Under the pieces are notes generated by a model that worked only from the letters and a program-made list of their open reading frames with translations, was not told where the DNA came from and did no database searches. DNA of 64,000 nucleotides from positions 51,708,001 to 51,772,000 of the forward strand of contig OX597820.1 in assembly GCA_951406725.2 (NCBI GenBank), in the 5' to 3' direction. This stretch comes from Octopus vulgaris (taxonomy: Eukaryota). Position numbers and translations under genes: made by a program. Below, in pieces: positions 13,558 through 32,858 of the stretch; the first letter of the stretch is position 1, and each line of letters begins with the position of its first letter.

Positions 13558-13762
13558 AGGCGGTAACCTGACAGAGTCTTTACTGCACCAGAAAAATGCT
13601 CAACAGCATTTCTTCCGACTTAACCTTCTGCGTACAAGTACTACCGGAGTCAATATTGCTTTCCATTCGAAGCGGTAAGATAAATACCAGCTGAGAAATG
13701 GGGTTGATGTAATCGACTTACTTTACCACCCCACTAATTTGATGGCTTTGAAACCAATATTA
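13558..13762 (+). mobile_element. SINE family 2, second tandem diverged copy
   Basis: AGGCGGTAACCTGACAGAGTC...AAATACCAGCTGAGAAATGGGGTTGATGTAATCGACT. Confidence 0.65.
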
Positions 13763-14282
13763 GTTCACAAAATGTAGAATCTTAGCCTATATTGCAATAG
13801 TGAAATCAAGTGATTATTGTCTGTTCATCACCATGATATCCGACATGGAGTGTAAATAATTGGTGGTGTCACTACATATAATTCACAGGCCAATGTTTTA
13901 GGATATTTAACAAGTGGAGAGGTTGTTGTCTATGGTATGGGGTGCAATGAGACACTCCGCAAATGTAATTTTTAAGACACTGGGGAAGCAGTAGCAGGAC
14001 ATATTTAAGAAATGATCCTGATTAGGCCTTATGTGTACCATTGCTATTTTCCAGAATAAATAGTTTATAGCCGACATAAAGCTACAGAGTCCTGCTTTTC
14101 GCTGAAGACCAAAGTATCATCACCTCCAATATGTCAAATTCGTATCACCATATGTCTAATTTTAGTTTGGATACGTGTAACACTTGGCTAGATAATAGAG
14201 AAGCAAATAACGAATACATTGATGATTTTGTTACACAGTTGTTTAACAAATAAATGAACATATACGTTATCTATTATCTTTT

Positions 14283-14678
14283 GTTTCTTTCATTCATTAG
14301 ACTGCACCCATACTGGAGCACCTCTTTGAAGAATTGTTAGTCGAATGGGATCGATGCCAGTATTACTTTTAAGTCTGTAACTTATTTTATCAGTATCTTT
14401 TTTCCCGAACTGCGAATTTGCGGCCATATAAATACACCAAAATTTGTTGACAGGCGGTCTTGGGGAACAAACGCTCGAACACACACAAACACACACAGAG
14501 ACACGGTGGGCTTCTTTATATATACACGGTGGGCTTCTTTCCTTCTTTCGGTTTCCGTCTCCCAAATTTACCCACAATGATTTCCCCGGCCCGAGGCTAA
14601 AGGAGAAAGTATACATCCAACGTTTGACACAGTGGGACTGAACTTGGAAGATTATGGCTGGGAAGCAAACTTCCTACT
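14283..14678 (-). mobile_element. tRNA-derived SINE family 1, near full-length, diverged
   Basis: Contains the head (CAGTGGGACTGAAC, reverse B-box region), central CA microsatellite and the 3' part (CATTAGACTGC..CATACTGGAGCACC). Confidence 0.8.
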
Positions 14679-16559
14679 GAACTAACACTCTTATTTTCAG
14701 CATACAATATTATTTTCACATACAATGTATACAATAATTACAAAACATTTTGTAAAAGTCGCTGCAGTCATCCCGTAATGCAGTCGGTATCTATAGCTAC
14801 TCAGTGAGCAAAATATGCTTTTTTACAAGAAAGGTATCGTGGGAAAAACGGTAACTCAACAACTTTGATACTAATTCAAATACGATATATTTATTGCTTT
14901 GAGTTTTGTTTCTACATAACCTATTTCAGACCTCAAGTCTACACATAGTATGCGGCAGCATAATGTTAGCTGAGAATGTACTTTAATCTCTAACTGAAGG
15001 TCAAAACTCGGTATCACTCAAAAGGAGATGCACTTATATTTTAAAGGAGGGTATAGGATATTCAGCCGGGTGGAATAAACGAAATCAAGAGTATCATGTA
15101 GAAACGCATCTGGAAGAGAAAAGATACTTTACCAGAGATCATTATGACATAGGAGGAAGTGGAGGAAGAAATATTATCACGCATACTTTCGTACACCGAT
15201 CCATAGATCATTTCGATATATCCCAAAAGAAAATATTTTTGTCAATATTTTTCGTGTCTTTGTGCACAGAGATTATAGACGAAGGTTTAGAGAAATGGTC
15301 TTGTACGAAGAGATATAAAAACGTTGCTCTCCATTGGTTGACATGTATCTGTATGTCTGTGTGTCCGTATATCTGTGTATATGTGATTCAGAGTGTAGCT
15401 GTATGCTTGCCTGCTTGTGTGTGTCTGCCCTTTCCATTACTCTGAAATAGTACACTCCAGATTTACCACCTTTCTCAAGCTGGTGAATGCGTGTGTGCAT
15501 TTAATTCTTAAAAGAAAACGAATGGGTACCATAACTCTAGGAGTAAGTAAAAAATGCATCGGACATGGCAGTTCTTAGAAAGGAATGAAGATCTATGCCT
15601 AAAGGAAAATGTGACAGCAATGTAAAGGCGCGTATTTGTTCGTGAGTTGGACGTGTAAGAGGCAAACAATCAATAATTTTCGAAGAGCAGAGAATAGTGT
15701 ACTAGCAATGAAAATAACTCAGTTTAAGGCAATGCTAACTCAATATGTGTGGAATTACTGGGCTGATGTCGTAAAAATTTATAAGTAACAAAAGTTACTT
15801 ATACATAATTGAATTATTGAACTTTTACAGTCTAGATCGGTTTCTTTGGTAGTAAATAACGCTCAAAACAATAAAGTTAAAAATTATAACCAAATATTCT
15901 TACAAGTGAAGCTTTAATTTCTCGAACTGATAATCATTTGATATTTATGTTATAATTGAATTTTGCAGTTGATAACGATGCGTTTAATCTTATTTCACTC
16001 TGTGAATCTTGTAGTTGTTGTGCTGGCTCTGGTTGCAACTGCAATTGTTGTTGTCAGCAGTGACAGTGGCGATGATGTTGATGTTGTTGTATATATTTTA
16101 TGCAGATTAATTACGAAGAAAATTACAAAAAATGCAGCAGATAACATATCCAATGATAGTTAGACATGTGGTTAGGATAGGATTTTTATGAGATGACGTT
16201 AAAACAATACAGAACTTCACCTCACTCTCTCCCTCTATTTTCACTCTCCTTTCTCTCACTCAACCTCTCTCTCCTTCTCTATCTATCTATCTCCCGATAT
16301 TTCTTACAGACAATTGCACAATTTGCATCATATATATATATCTAACAATCTATTTCTCACACTACCTTTTTTTCCCTTCATTTTATCTGTACCTCTACAT
16401 CGGGATATATGTGGATACGATAACAAGACCTAGCAAGCAAGCGCACATCAACTTATCAAAAGTACGTATGCACATGCTTAAATAAACATGCAATAATTCA
16501 GTTGTATGTATCTATCTATTTATCCCTCACTTTCTCCCACTGTCACTCATCAAATACAA

Positions 16560-16866
16560 ACAAACACCCATACACATATATATGTTATATATATACATAT
16601 ATGTATATATATGTATATATATTCATATATGTTTGTATGTGTGTATGTATGCATGTATGAATATATGTATGAATGCATGTATGTATGTGTATATGTACGT
16701 ATGCATGTATGTATATATATATATGTATGTATTCATATGTGTATGTGTATATGTATATATGCATGTATGTATGTGCATATGTATGTATCTATGTATGTAT
16801 GCACGTATATATGCATGTATGTATGTATGTGTGTATGTACGTATGTATGTATATATGTATGAATGA
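16560..16866. repeat. Degenerate (TATG/TA/TG)n low-complexity tract
   Basis: Read directly; explains the overlapping ORFs here. Confidence 0.9.
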
Positions 16867-17662
16867 ATATAGTCAAAAACAAAATTCAGACACTTAAATG
16901 ACACGTATCATAGAAACGTCACAGTAATTCTAATCACTACATGAACATATGACATGAAACCAAAACCAAAAATTTATTCGTTCTACACAGAAAATACAGA
17001 GTCTGATATGGACACATGACAAGAAAGCATCACGTTTGCTATATATATATAAATAAACATAAACAAACATACGTAAATATACATACATTTTCTTTCATTT
17101 TTTGTCTATCTCTATATATTCAAACGTTATAAAACATATATATGACTATACATATGTATGTATGCGTGCGTGCACAATCATATGTGTGTGTGCCTGCGTC
17201 TGCACACGCGTGTGTGTTTGAAAATTTTCTTAACCAAAAAATTATGAATTTTATTATAAAATACTTTTAAAAATCATTGCTGAGAAAACAGGGTAGACTA
17301 TGTGGAAAACGGGGTGGAATATATTGAAAAGCTAAAAACAGCAAATGACCCATAACACAGCATGAATACATCATCCCATAATTATGTATCAATTTGTTAT
17401 TTTTATGATAATTAATATTATTAATAATTGTAAAGAGATTTGTTCGTCAAATATTTGGCGTGTATAACGAACACATAGCTAATGCTTTTATCTCTTATAA
17501 AGATTTCCTAAGTATCTAATTTGCTTATATTTATATATGTGTGTATGTGTATGTGTGTGTCTGTTTGTGTGTGTGTGTATGTGGAAGGAAATGAGAAAAT
17601 CTTTATAAGAGATGAAAGAAGTTACTACTGAGATGTATAGATATTTATATACATTAGTTATT

Positions 17663-17710
<48 letters not shown>

Positions 17711-17716
17711 GTATAC

Positions 17717-17808
<92 letters not shown>

Positions 17809-19789
17809 GAAAACAATAATAATGATAATAACAATAATTGAATAAGTAACCAGAAGATGGATTTGGTACTAGTGTTTATTCAGTACAACGATCTTTCGAC
17901 CCATCCTGCTACTAGCACATATGGGACTCCGTTCAACATCTTGCGTTACATCAATTTCACAGTCTGCGTCATATGACGTACATCCATACAGAAACCGTGT
18001 CTCGCTAAAGATCCTGAGTTTTGGCTGTTATGTTGTCATATGTCCGTCAATATAGAGAATGAACCATTGCTACAATTTTGAATACTTTTAACTTTCCTTA
18101 ACAAAAATGTTAAACATTTGTAATCAATTATTATCTCAACTACACTGTGAAATTCCTGATGTCGATACAACTGAAGTATATCTCAAGCACGTGTGATACC
18201 GGATACCCCAAACCGTGTCAATGCTCTGCTCAACAGTTCAGCACACTGATCGACATATATCTATTATTCCGAAGTATTACATATATATACAGATACATAT
18301 ATCGGTGTTTGTGTCTGTGCGTGTGTGTGTGTATGTGTATGGATGTTTGTACATCAATATATATACGTACATATACATATTTCACCTTTAGGGTAAAAAC
18401 ACAGTTTTTCTACATACCTAAGAACAGTTGATATCACGCACCAGGATGACCATTCAGTATTTTCCGGGATTTAGGGTTTATGTATAGTTTAATGAGTAAG
18501 ATTGTATGCGTTAGTGTGCTCTTTCTGTCTGTCATCTTTGTCTTTCTCTCTCTCTCTCTATATATATATATATAGGGATAGATAGATAGATAGACAGATA
18601 TATCGATCGAACGATAGATAGATAGATAAATATGACATATATGTATATATATCTGCATATATAGCTGTATATAACACACGCATATATGTCTGTGTATGTG
18701 TATGTGTGTGTGTGTGTGTATGGGTGTGTGTGTGTGTGTGTTTATACAAGAGGGAGCCGTGCATCAATATCCCATGTGGCAACCTCTAAGATTTCTGTCG
18801 ACGTGAAAACTTAAACTCTGAAAGATATTAAGGGGATAATTTTGCTTGCAAATGCAAACTTACCTTGAGCATGCTTCAGTTTATTTGAAGTTTATTTAAT
18901 TATAATGCAAGAAATCACTCAGGTATGTTGATAGTTGCATTATATATAGTGTTAAGAACCTTTCTCGCTATTGCATAATATTGTACAAATAAACTTTTTG
19001 TTACGTTTTGTTAAACATTTATAATTTGAGTAAATTTTCTTAATTTATTCAAATATTTACCGACAGGTTTTCTAATATTTGAATATTCGTGGATATTCCA
19101 AGGAGATATTTGTGTATTTTATTTCGTTCTATTTACATTTTAATTTATAGAAATTATACTCCCTAAGCTTATTTGTACTGCATTTGATATATTTAAAAAT
19201 CTATATGAATTGCGCTTTTAGTGAGTCTATATTTGGCGGATGAAATATGGTTGTCTGAATCATGTAAATATTTGACACTTATAGAGAAACAAACATGAGG
19301 CAATACTTTCTTGAAGCATATGATATAACTTGAAATACGAATTCTTAATTTCTCGAAGTTAACTCTTCCTTCTTTGATTGACTCGAATAATTGCTACTTA
19401 GTTCTTTGTAATTTTCACCAACAGAGAAAATTCCAATAACTAATTAAGAAATTTTACGTACGGCTTTTATACACCAGCCATAAACATAATTATCAAAATT
19501 CATTCGTTGACCCATTTGAGTTATTTCCCTTAGCTATTTTTTTTTTAATTACACTGATAAAGTGTCTCTAACTGAAGGAAAAATATAATTAGAAGACGGC
19601 ATGTTTAGTGAGCTAAAAAATGTGATCAAATGACAGAATAATTGCTGCAAAACTAAACTAATGAAGATATATGGCAGTATTCTTAGTAGCTGATGTTGAT
19701 GATGATGATGATGATGATAACATAACGGCGTTGTTGTTGTTGCTTTTTGGCGTTGTTGTTTTTGTTGTTGATATTATTGTTATTCTTAT

Positions 19790-19793
19790 TATA

Positions 19794-19844
<51 letters not shown>

Positions 19845-19847
19845 GTA

Positions 19848-19899
<52 letters not shown>

Positions 19900-19944
19900 G
19901 ATGATTACTATTATCATTATTATTATTAACATTATTATTATTAA

Positions 19945-20023
<79 letters not shown>

Positions 20024-20025
20024 GA
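19790..20025. repeat. (ATT)n microsatellite
   Basis: Read directly from the sequence. Confidence 0.95.
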
Positions 20026-20536
20026 TTCATTGAGTTGGTCGTTGAGGTGGTGGTATTTGCGATATTAGCAGTATGAATATTTGTAGGAATGAAAGGCAAC
20101 AGAGTTAGGGTGATACGTCGGTGGTAGTGGTAATAATGATGATGAGGATGCCAGCGCTTATATTATTATTACTGACTGTATGCCTGTTTGCTTTGTGTTA
20201 CTAGTGAGGAAGATAGGCAGTCACTGTGATGATTATAATCCATTGTGATGTTTATTGCACTACCGTTGTTTATGATGATGGTGATGACGATGTTAGCTGT
20301 TTGAGCATTGGTGTTACAATAATGTCTGAGGACTAGAAAGTATATGTAACATAGTAACGGATGTGATTGTGGTTTTATAATGGTTTTGAGGTGGGTTTTC
20401 TTATTGTAGTTGTAAGTTGATATTATTGCGACAGTGCTTTTAGTTGGTCTATTATGGTCATGTTTTTAATTGTGGTTGAATTACTGGTATTGTAAAAAGG
20501 TGTTGGAACAGGTTTTACGTCCTGTGATACTTTATA

Positions 20537-20589
<53 letters not shown>

Positions 20590-20599
20590 GGTTATTATT

Positions 20600-25508
<4,909 letters not shown>

Positions 25509-25520
25509 TTATTATTGTTA

Positions 25521-25560
<40 letters not shown>

Positions 25561-25561
<1 letters not shown>

Positions 25562-25980
25562 GAGTGAGAGAGCAGTTCATGCCATCAAAGTGACACTGGG
25601 GTAAAATATACGAAGCCCAATATACCCATCATGATTACCCGTCTGATAAAGGTACACCAGGCACATGCATCACAACCATATGTGCGCGACATGGTGATCT
25701 CATATCAAGATAAACAGCACATGACCTTGCAGGTGGGGCCCAGTTAGAATTTTCTTCAGGTTGAGTAGCCCATCCCGCTCAAACGGTCCCTGAATAAAGG
25801 TTGTTTAAGGATGTTGAAAGAACCACCCATGTTTCCAGAGGTGAACTATTCAAACCCCAAAGAATCCCTCTCAACACATGGCTATGATGCTCCCCCACTA
25901 CTTCTGCTCGTGATCAGGTCAAACAACTGACAAGCAAATCTGTGGTATTGAGCAGAATATTTGCTGTAGCCCATCTTTTA
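25561..25980 (-). mobile_element. ~545 bp (TAA)n-associated element, copy 3 (5'-truncated, internal deletion)
   Basis: Shares the TGAGTGAGAG terminus with copy 2, lacks ~95 bp at the other end, and is flanked by (ATT)n. Confidence 0.88.
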
Positions 25981-26429
25981 TTACTATTATTATAATTATT
26001 ATTATTATTATTATTGTTTAGCTCAGTTTTTGCTCTGACTGAGCACCCTAATAGACAACGTCAGTCCAGACGTCAGCGCCCAGCATTTCCATTTAACAAG
26101 TATTACACTATCCAATATATCGTTTTCTTAGAAAGACGATACTGTAGAGTGAAATTTAAAGAAATGAATATGTGTTTGTGTATGTGTGTAGATGAGTGGG
26201 TATTTCATTGGTTGTGTGTGCGTGGGTGTGTCGCCGAAGCAGTATGAGATTCCAAGTCGATGTCTGACTGATGGATCTGAGTTTGACGATAGGAATTGTT
26301 TCATTGCTGCAATCTTCAGTTTTCATGATCATATGTCATAAAAGCACGGAGATTTATAATCTTTTTTTACTAACAAAATATACAAGTAACATGAGCTCTA
26401 AGGATTTTAAAATAGTATATACAATGTGA

Positions 26430-26647
26430 AATAATCTTTTCTACTCTATGCACAATGCCTGAATTTTTTTTTGGGGGTGGGGTACCAGTCGATTAGATCG
26501 ATCCCAGTACGCAACTGGTACTAATTTATCGACCCCAAAAGGATGAAAGGCAAAGCTGAGCTCGGTGGAATTTGAACACAGAAGACAGACGAAATACTGG
26601 TAAGCATTTCACCCGGCGTGCAACCTTTACTGACAGCTCGCCGTCTT
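26430..26647 (-). mobile_element. SINE family 2 (Nin/Deu-like domain), best-preserved copy
   Basis: Minus strand reads GACGGCGAGCTGTCAG...GTGTTCAAATTCCACCGAG..TTTGCCTTTCATCCTTTTGGGGTCGATAAATTAGTACCAG...AGAGTAGAAAAGATTAT. Confidence 0.85.
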
Positions 26648-27299
26648 AACAAAAGGAAATAATAGCCAAACTAAAGTTATGATTTCAACTGCAATTAAAT
26701 TCAGTGATGTCAGCAAAAAAATTTACATTTAAAGTGAAAATGACACCACAAATTAGTGTAGCATTAATAACAGGAGATACAAAAGAAGCAGCAGTTAGAA
26801 CTGTATCACCTGCAACGAATGAATAAGCAATAATGTTTAATAAAATAGTAGCGAAGTCTGTGACGTCAACAATGATAATGTTGACGCAGATATTAATGAG
26901 GGTGATAAGGGAGAGGAAACGACAATGATGTTATTACTGTTTTACATTGCAATGAAGGGTTAAATGTTGAGGATATCAACTCGTTTATTTAGTTCATACA
27001 TATTTTATCGCGCCTCGGTTTGATTTAATGTAAACAACATTGTGAATATTTTCAAAAGCTCGTACAGTTTGGAAAAGGATGATGTATAAAAAATCAGTAC
27101 GATGTATGGACTGGAACCTCGCAGTGATGATAGCTAATATTGACTTCAGTATCACTTGAACTGAAATGTATATATGTAAATACAAAGAAACATTTGTTCC
27201 ATTGTTCTTAAAATTTACCACTGTGAATGTAAAGGCGGACAAAATCCCAGGAAGCATTTTGTTTGGAGTGCTATAGATTATGTCAAATTGACGCTTGGT

Positions 27300-27940
27300 T
27301 GCAAAAAGGGGAATTAAAAGGAAAGAAGAGAGAGAACTGAATTATAGCAGCTCAAGGTCAAACGATGAAAACAACTTGAGAGGATATGTGTATTGGAAGA
27401 TGGTATGAACAAAATGTAGTAAGTGAAATTTGGAATGAGACAGCGGCTCACATAGTTGCAGAGTGCCTTACGCTGTACCAAGTACAAGATATTTATTTTT
27501 TTTTACACTGAAAGCTTTGTCAGAAATGGGGATTTAAACATGGAGATACATGGTACGATCATCGATTCGAAAGTGTCCTGGAGCCGGAAGAATGCAACAT
27601 TTTATGGGATTTCCTCTGTAAACGGATAAAATGTGCAAAAATAATAAATCATATATAACAATAATACACGAGAAAAATTAAGTTGCTTACTAATTTTTCC
27701 GTCAAGACCGTTTGATTACAGGATTATACGGGAAAAAGGATGAGAAATTTTATAAAAATACAATAAAAAATTCGAAGTTGTAATTTCAACAATTTGGAGA
27801 ATGAATACTGTAATAGCTGGTGCACTGGGAGCTGAATAAAGATATATAGAAACGGCTGGAAGGGATTGGAATAAAATGTTCTGTACAGCTTCTACAGAAA
27901 ATTTGTCTCTTAGAGACAGAAAAGATGATCAGGAGAGAAA
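27300..27940 (+). pseudogene. Degenerate 3' region of an old R4/Dong element (same old family as 23-292)
   Basis: Frame-broken motifs IIAAQGQT, AHIVAEC, WYDHRFESVLE..ILWDF, AGALG and IGIKCSVQLLQKICLLET. Confidence 0.75.
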
Positions 27941-27950
27941 GAAGTATCGT

Positions 27951-28157
27951 ATGGCAGAATATTTATGACATCGGAGAATATGCTTACAGGTATATTTTCT
28001 AGGGCTACACTTTAAGTTCAATTTCAGCCGAGTTCGATTTTCACTTTCATCTTTTCGGCGCCAATAAAAATATAACAACCAAGCACTGGGATCGATGAAA
28101 CTGACTGGCATCCTTCCCCCAGGTTACAGGCTTTGTGCGTGTAGTAGAAAAAAATAA
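27951..28157 (+). mobile_element. SINE family 2, diverged
   Basis: TGGCAGAAT...AGTTCAATTTCAGCCGAG..TTTCATCTTTTCGG...GGCTTTGTGCGTGTAGTAGAAAA. Confidence 0.7.
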
Positions 28158-29603
28158 GTGTTCCATTATTTGGAATGTTGTTTATATAATTCTGAACGTA
28201 CTTGATTGACGGAATACATAGAATATACTGTGTTTAAAACACCGAATAGAAACTTTATGCAATATATGTGCTATGCTAACTATCTAATTACTGCGTGACG
28301 CATGTATCTGTCGGACTTAAAATTCACGTCATTCACACGTCTGCATTTTGTATTAATTAATCTCAATTTGCCTATTTTTGTAGACATGATTTCTGTTTTA
28401 GGATATGAATTATAACATCAAATTACTGTAATTCTTGTCACAATGTATGGTATTTATTTAACGAACATAAAGCGTGAAGAATATGAATAATGACATACAG
28501 TTATTCATATTCTCTTTCGTCTGAATGCGCTGTCAGAAATCTTGTGACATAAAGTTGTTGAACAACCCTCGCATAATCTCCAGTAAGTTTTTGTAGATCG
28601 AATCAGTATATAATTATTGCTATTTCTGAGTGAGAAAGTTTTAGTGTTTTTCCCCGGAAAGATGTCCTTTAGTTTCACATATTCTGTTTGGTTTTATTTC
28701 AGTTTTGTACGTTTTCATTTGGTCTTCTTTGTTTCGTTTATAAATGTTTTTTCCCCATTCATATAGATTGTGACGCGATTTTTTCAAAGTAAGTATGAAA
28801 CAATTTTATTTAAGAAATGAACACGATATATGAAACACTGGTTTTAAATGAACATGCTATATGGAATTTTTAAAAATTTATATCCAGCAGAGTACAATTG
28901 GATGTCAGCCACATGTACATGTTGATTGATTGTACTCAGAGCGTAACCAAGTTCCAGTGCGGTTTAGTAAGTGAGATAAAGCTTTGAAAGCTATACTATG
29001 GAGGAAAAACTACTGCAATATTCCCCTCTAGATAGCAATGGTATCATTATAATTCACTTTTTGTTTGCATATTTCAAATTGTTTTCAATTTCTTCAAGAT
29101 ATTTTACTTGGCACTACATATTATCTATGTTTCATTACTCATAGATAAGTATTCTAGAAACATGAAGTAAATACTTCACAATAATTATGGTAGTCAATCC
29201 GTATACTCAATACCTTCTTTCGTTTCTCCTAATGCACAATTTAATTAAGAATCGTCTAGTGATGTAAATGATTTTGCATTTTTACATAGTACAGGAAGTA
29301 ATAATCTATTACATGAGATGCATTTGATACAGTAAGCAAAGCTAGCGAGAGTGATTAGTGTTGAGAATATATAGACCACTCAATTAACTGAATGTTACGG
29401 AATAGAGACGAGTATACCCAAGCGAATATCTATAAACAATATACATGCGGATGCTGGAAGACACTGCTGTCACTTTCCTGTCTTTTATTCCATAATAATT
29501 ATTTGCAAACTCCTTGTTTTAGGTTGATTGTCATTATAATGACACCCATCCATTTATTCTGCAGCAATAGCTCGTCAAATCCTCGGAAATAACTTGTCCC
29601 TAC

Positions 29604-29708
29604 CTTGTTGTAATTGTTCGCGATTTGTACATAATTTTACACTATACGCCGTAAGTTTTGGCACCATATTTCGAAGTACGCTTCTCAACAAGAGAACATC
29701 TTGGTAAA
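29604..29708 (-). CDS. Candidate internal exon (105 bp, phase 1-1) of the minus-strand host gene, possibly CNBD2-like
   Basis: Acceptor TTTTTTCAG and donor AAG|GTAGGG; only one frame is open (YQDVLLLRSVLRNMVPKLTAYSVKLCTNREQLQQ) and it is phase-compatible with 40505-40610. Confidence 0.45.
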
Positions 29709-30378
29709 CTGAAAAAATTGCTATGGAGCTCGCGCCTAAAGTACGGAGTGGAAGATGGCAAGCAGTTTTAACAAAAAATGGCTTGGATTTGCAAACCAAA
29801 CAACAGTAAGAGGAATATAGTTTCTATTTCTAATCTATAACATTTATATAATTCGAGATGTTTGGATATTTTCTCCGGTTCTTTTAGATGTATGTTGTTG
29901 TCTATTTGAGAGCAAATATCGATCGGAGACATTTCGTTGTTTCCTTGAATTTTACTAATGTAATTGCGCGGTTTGCTTTAATGTTACGGTATGCAAGAAA
30001 TAACATAACCTATTTTACAATTACTTTCTTTATATTTGAGAGATATTATGGCATGTATTTTCCCATTTTCTCCACTGCAAGTATTTTATATGCTATAACA
30101 ATCCTCGGCTGATAAACACGCTAAATCTGCCATAACGGTACACAAGCACACACACATACACACATATACACACATACACATAAATGCATTCAAAAACACA
30201 AAACCATGCTCATACATACACAATCTCACACACAAATCAAATGTAGGGCAGACATATAATTTTCATCCTTTCTGAGTATTAAACCATGACAGAGTTTCGA
30301 ACAGATAACTTTAAGAATAAGAGTAAATAGCGGAAGATATTTTTATTCCGCCGTTCTTCAAATCCTGTCAGCTTCGTC

Positions 30379-30498
<120 letters not shown>

Positions 30499-30545
30499 AT
30501 CTTTCTGTATCTATCTATCTATCTCTTTCTCTCTCTCTCTCTATC

Positions 30546-30641
<96 letters not shown>

Positions 30642-30644
<3 letters not shown>

Positions 30645-31561
30645 GATGCCATAGATATAAATCCTTAAAATCCTTAAAAATGTTTTACCCCGAAGGCCAC
30701 GGCCATGCTGGGGCACCACCTGCTGAAATATATATATATACATTTGTGCCATTTAATATTTTTAAGTTAACACATGCGCATTTTTTGTTTTTCATTTTAT
30801 CCTCTACACAGTATGGTAGGTCAGTTGAGCACCGTCTGTAACAGCACCATGACGCATTTCACACTGTTCTGCCTTTGTGTCTGGTGCTCCAATACGAACA
30901 TTTCTGTGTGTTCTGGTGTCAATCAGAGTAGATGTACCGAGCGTGATAAAAATCAAGCATTCAGTCAACATCATGGTATATGAAGTGGTCACTAGTGATG
31001 GCACCATTAAGCCCCCATTCATCTTCCCACTCAGCCTCAGACTCAACTCCGAGGCATACATCAAGTGCCTGGAGGAGGTAGTGCTGCCCTGGGTGAAGAG
31101 GGTGTCTGCTGGAAGATCCCATGTCTGGCAACAAAACTCTATACTATGCTACACAAGCAGGAGGACCCAGCCTGGCTGCCAGATAAATATTGCGACCACG
31201 TCAGCCCTAATATCAGGCCACCTAACTCCCCAGGCCGCAATCCTCTTGATTATTATGTGTAGGGCGCAGCTGGGTGAGACGAGAGACAAACAAAACTCCT
31301 TCTAACAGCAAAGATGAACGGATGGAAGGATTATGCTAGTATTCACTAACTTAAACAAGGAGATCATCCAAAAGAGTTGCGTGAGATTCCGAAATCGACT
31401 GGAGCCCGCCGTTGAAACTAATAGCTATTTTATTGTATAAAATTTTCTCTTTAATATTTCCAGATATTTTTTACGTAATTTTCGTAAAAATATCTCTTAA
31501 AATAAGATAACAGCGTTGTTTTCATGTTGTGTGATATAGATGACATTTTATTCACCGCACC

Positions 31562-31563
<2 letters not shown>
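30642..31563 (+). mobile_element. Internally deleted, degenerate Tc1/mariner element (maT/DD37D-like)
   Basis: Transposase remnants DVPSVIKIKH..IMV..VVTSDG..PPFIF..LN..AY..L..VVLPW..WQQN and PPNSP.RNPLDYYV; TIR-like end ATTTTATTCACCGCACCCC before (TA)n. Left limit uncertain. Confidence 0.75.
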
Positions 31564-31610
<47 letters not shown>

Positions 31611-31761
31611 AATTAAGGACTGAACACGAAAAGTGGACAGTCAACATGCTAGATATAGACGTCAAATCGCCATTCACCACAAAAGATTATGTTCTCAGAT
31701 CAAACTCAACACAAAACCATAGCAATAAACAAGTGAAAAATATACGAAATAAAATAATTAC

Positions 31762-31826
31762 CCATGTACTAACTTAGTTTCAGCTGTTATTTTCCGCAAG
31801 GAAAACTGCAGCCATCATCAGCATGG
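31762..31826 (-). ncRNA. Minimal type I hammerhead ribozyme (copy with intact stems)
   Basis: Minus strand: CCATG-CTGATGA-T-GGCTG(cagTTTTCCttgcGGAAAAtaa)CAGCT-GAAA-CTAA g TTAG-TA-CATGG. Stem I is CCATG/CATGG, stem III is quasi-palindromic, and the cleavage triplet is GUA. Confidence 0.8.
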
Positions 31827-31948
31827 TCCGTTATAAATGTAATTTGCTGGACTAGATGCAAACACGATACCGAAATATCGCGTGCAGCTGCACGCGATAT
31901 TTCGGTATCGTGTTTGCATCTAGTCCAGCAAATTACATTTATAACGGA

Positions 31949-32013
31949 CAATGCTGATGATGGCTGCAGTTTTCCTTGCGGAAAATAACAGCTGAAACTA
32001 AGTTAGTACATGG
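31949..32013 (+). ncRNA. Hammerhead ribozyme copy (one stem I mismatch)
   Basis: CTGATGA at 31954-31960, GAAA at 31994-31997, predicted cleavage after 32008; C>A at 31950. Confidence 0.75.
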
Positions 32014-32251
32014 GTAATTATTTTATTTCGTATATTTTTCACTTGTTTATTGCTATGGTTTTGTGTTGAGTTTGATCTGAGAACATAATCTTTTGTGGTG
32101 AATGGCGATTTGACGTCTATATCTAGCATGTTGACTGTCCACTTTTCGTGTTCAGTCCTTAATTGGTATATATAAATATTTTAATCTTCGGATTCTTTTT
32201 TAATATGCTAGACCAATGGTCTTAATTGATAAATATCAATTTCTACCCTTA

Positions 32252-32325
<74 letters not shown>

Positions 32326-32858
32326 AGAAATAATATATTTATATAATCGATGGTTTCACTTACGATAACCAAGATTAAGTAGTTAGTGATAATGTTATAA
32401 TCTCATGGTAGCATCAAGAGATGCCCCTCCATTTCGTTGCATATCAGATGTTTAGGAAATGAATCGGAAGGTTGTTGAACATTAGGCGTGTTAATTAGTG
32501 ATTGTTATCATCAGAATTTTAGGTGTAGTAGACAGTGATTGTTATAATCAGAAGGAAGGGAAATAGTTACCTGTTGTCCTTGCTTAAAATGGAATCCGAA
32601 CCTTTCATTAGGTTGGGATATATTGCACTTTTCAATACCAGTCTTTTTTTTTCCACATTTAACGATGTTCCTGTATAATTTGATTTATCTAAGTGTCTCT
32701 ATCGAGCACCCAGTAACGCAAAATGAAATCTTATTATGATAGCATATAATTATAACATTAGCACTAACTACTTTGTCGTAATTAGCAAGTGAACTCCATG
32801 CACGCGATATTTCGGTATCGTGTTTGCATCTAGTCCAGCAAATTACATTTATAACGGA

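Larger units (their letters stand above)
31601..32174. repeat. Spacer-less 574 bp palindrome (287 bp arms)
   Basis: Centre GTGCAG|CTGCAC at 31887/31888; the one mismatch I found is at 31950. Confidence 0.95.

Noticed and set aside
15030-15110. Strong minus-strand acceptor followed by FYMIL
   Set aside because: The frames I translated close quickly and no donor was found; cannot be tied to the candidate gene.
32420-32460. CTGATATG..CGAAATG hammerhead-like string on the minus strand
   Set aside because: The core lacks G8 and stems I/II are unconvincing; at most a decayed relic.
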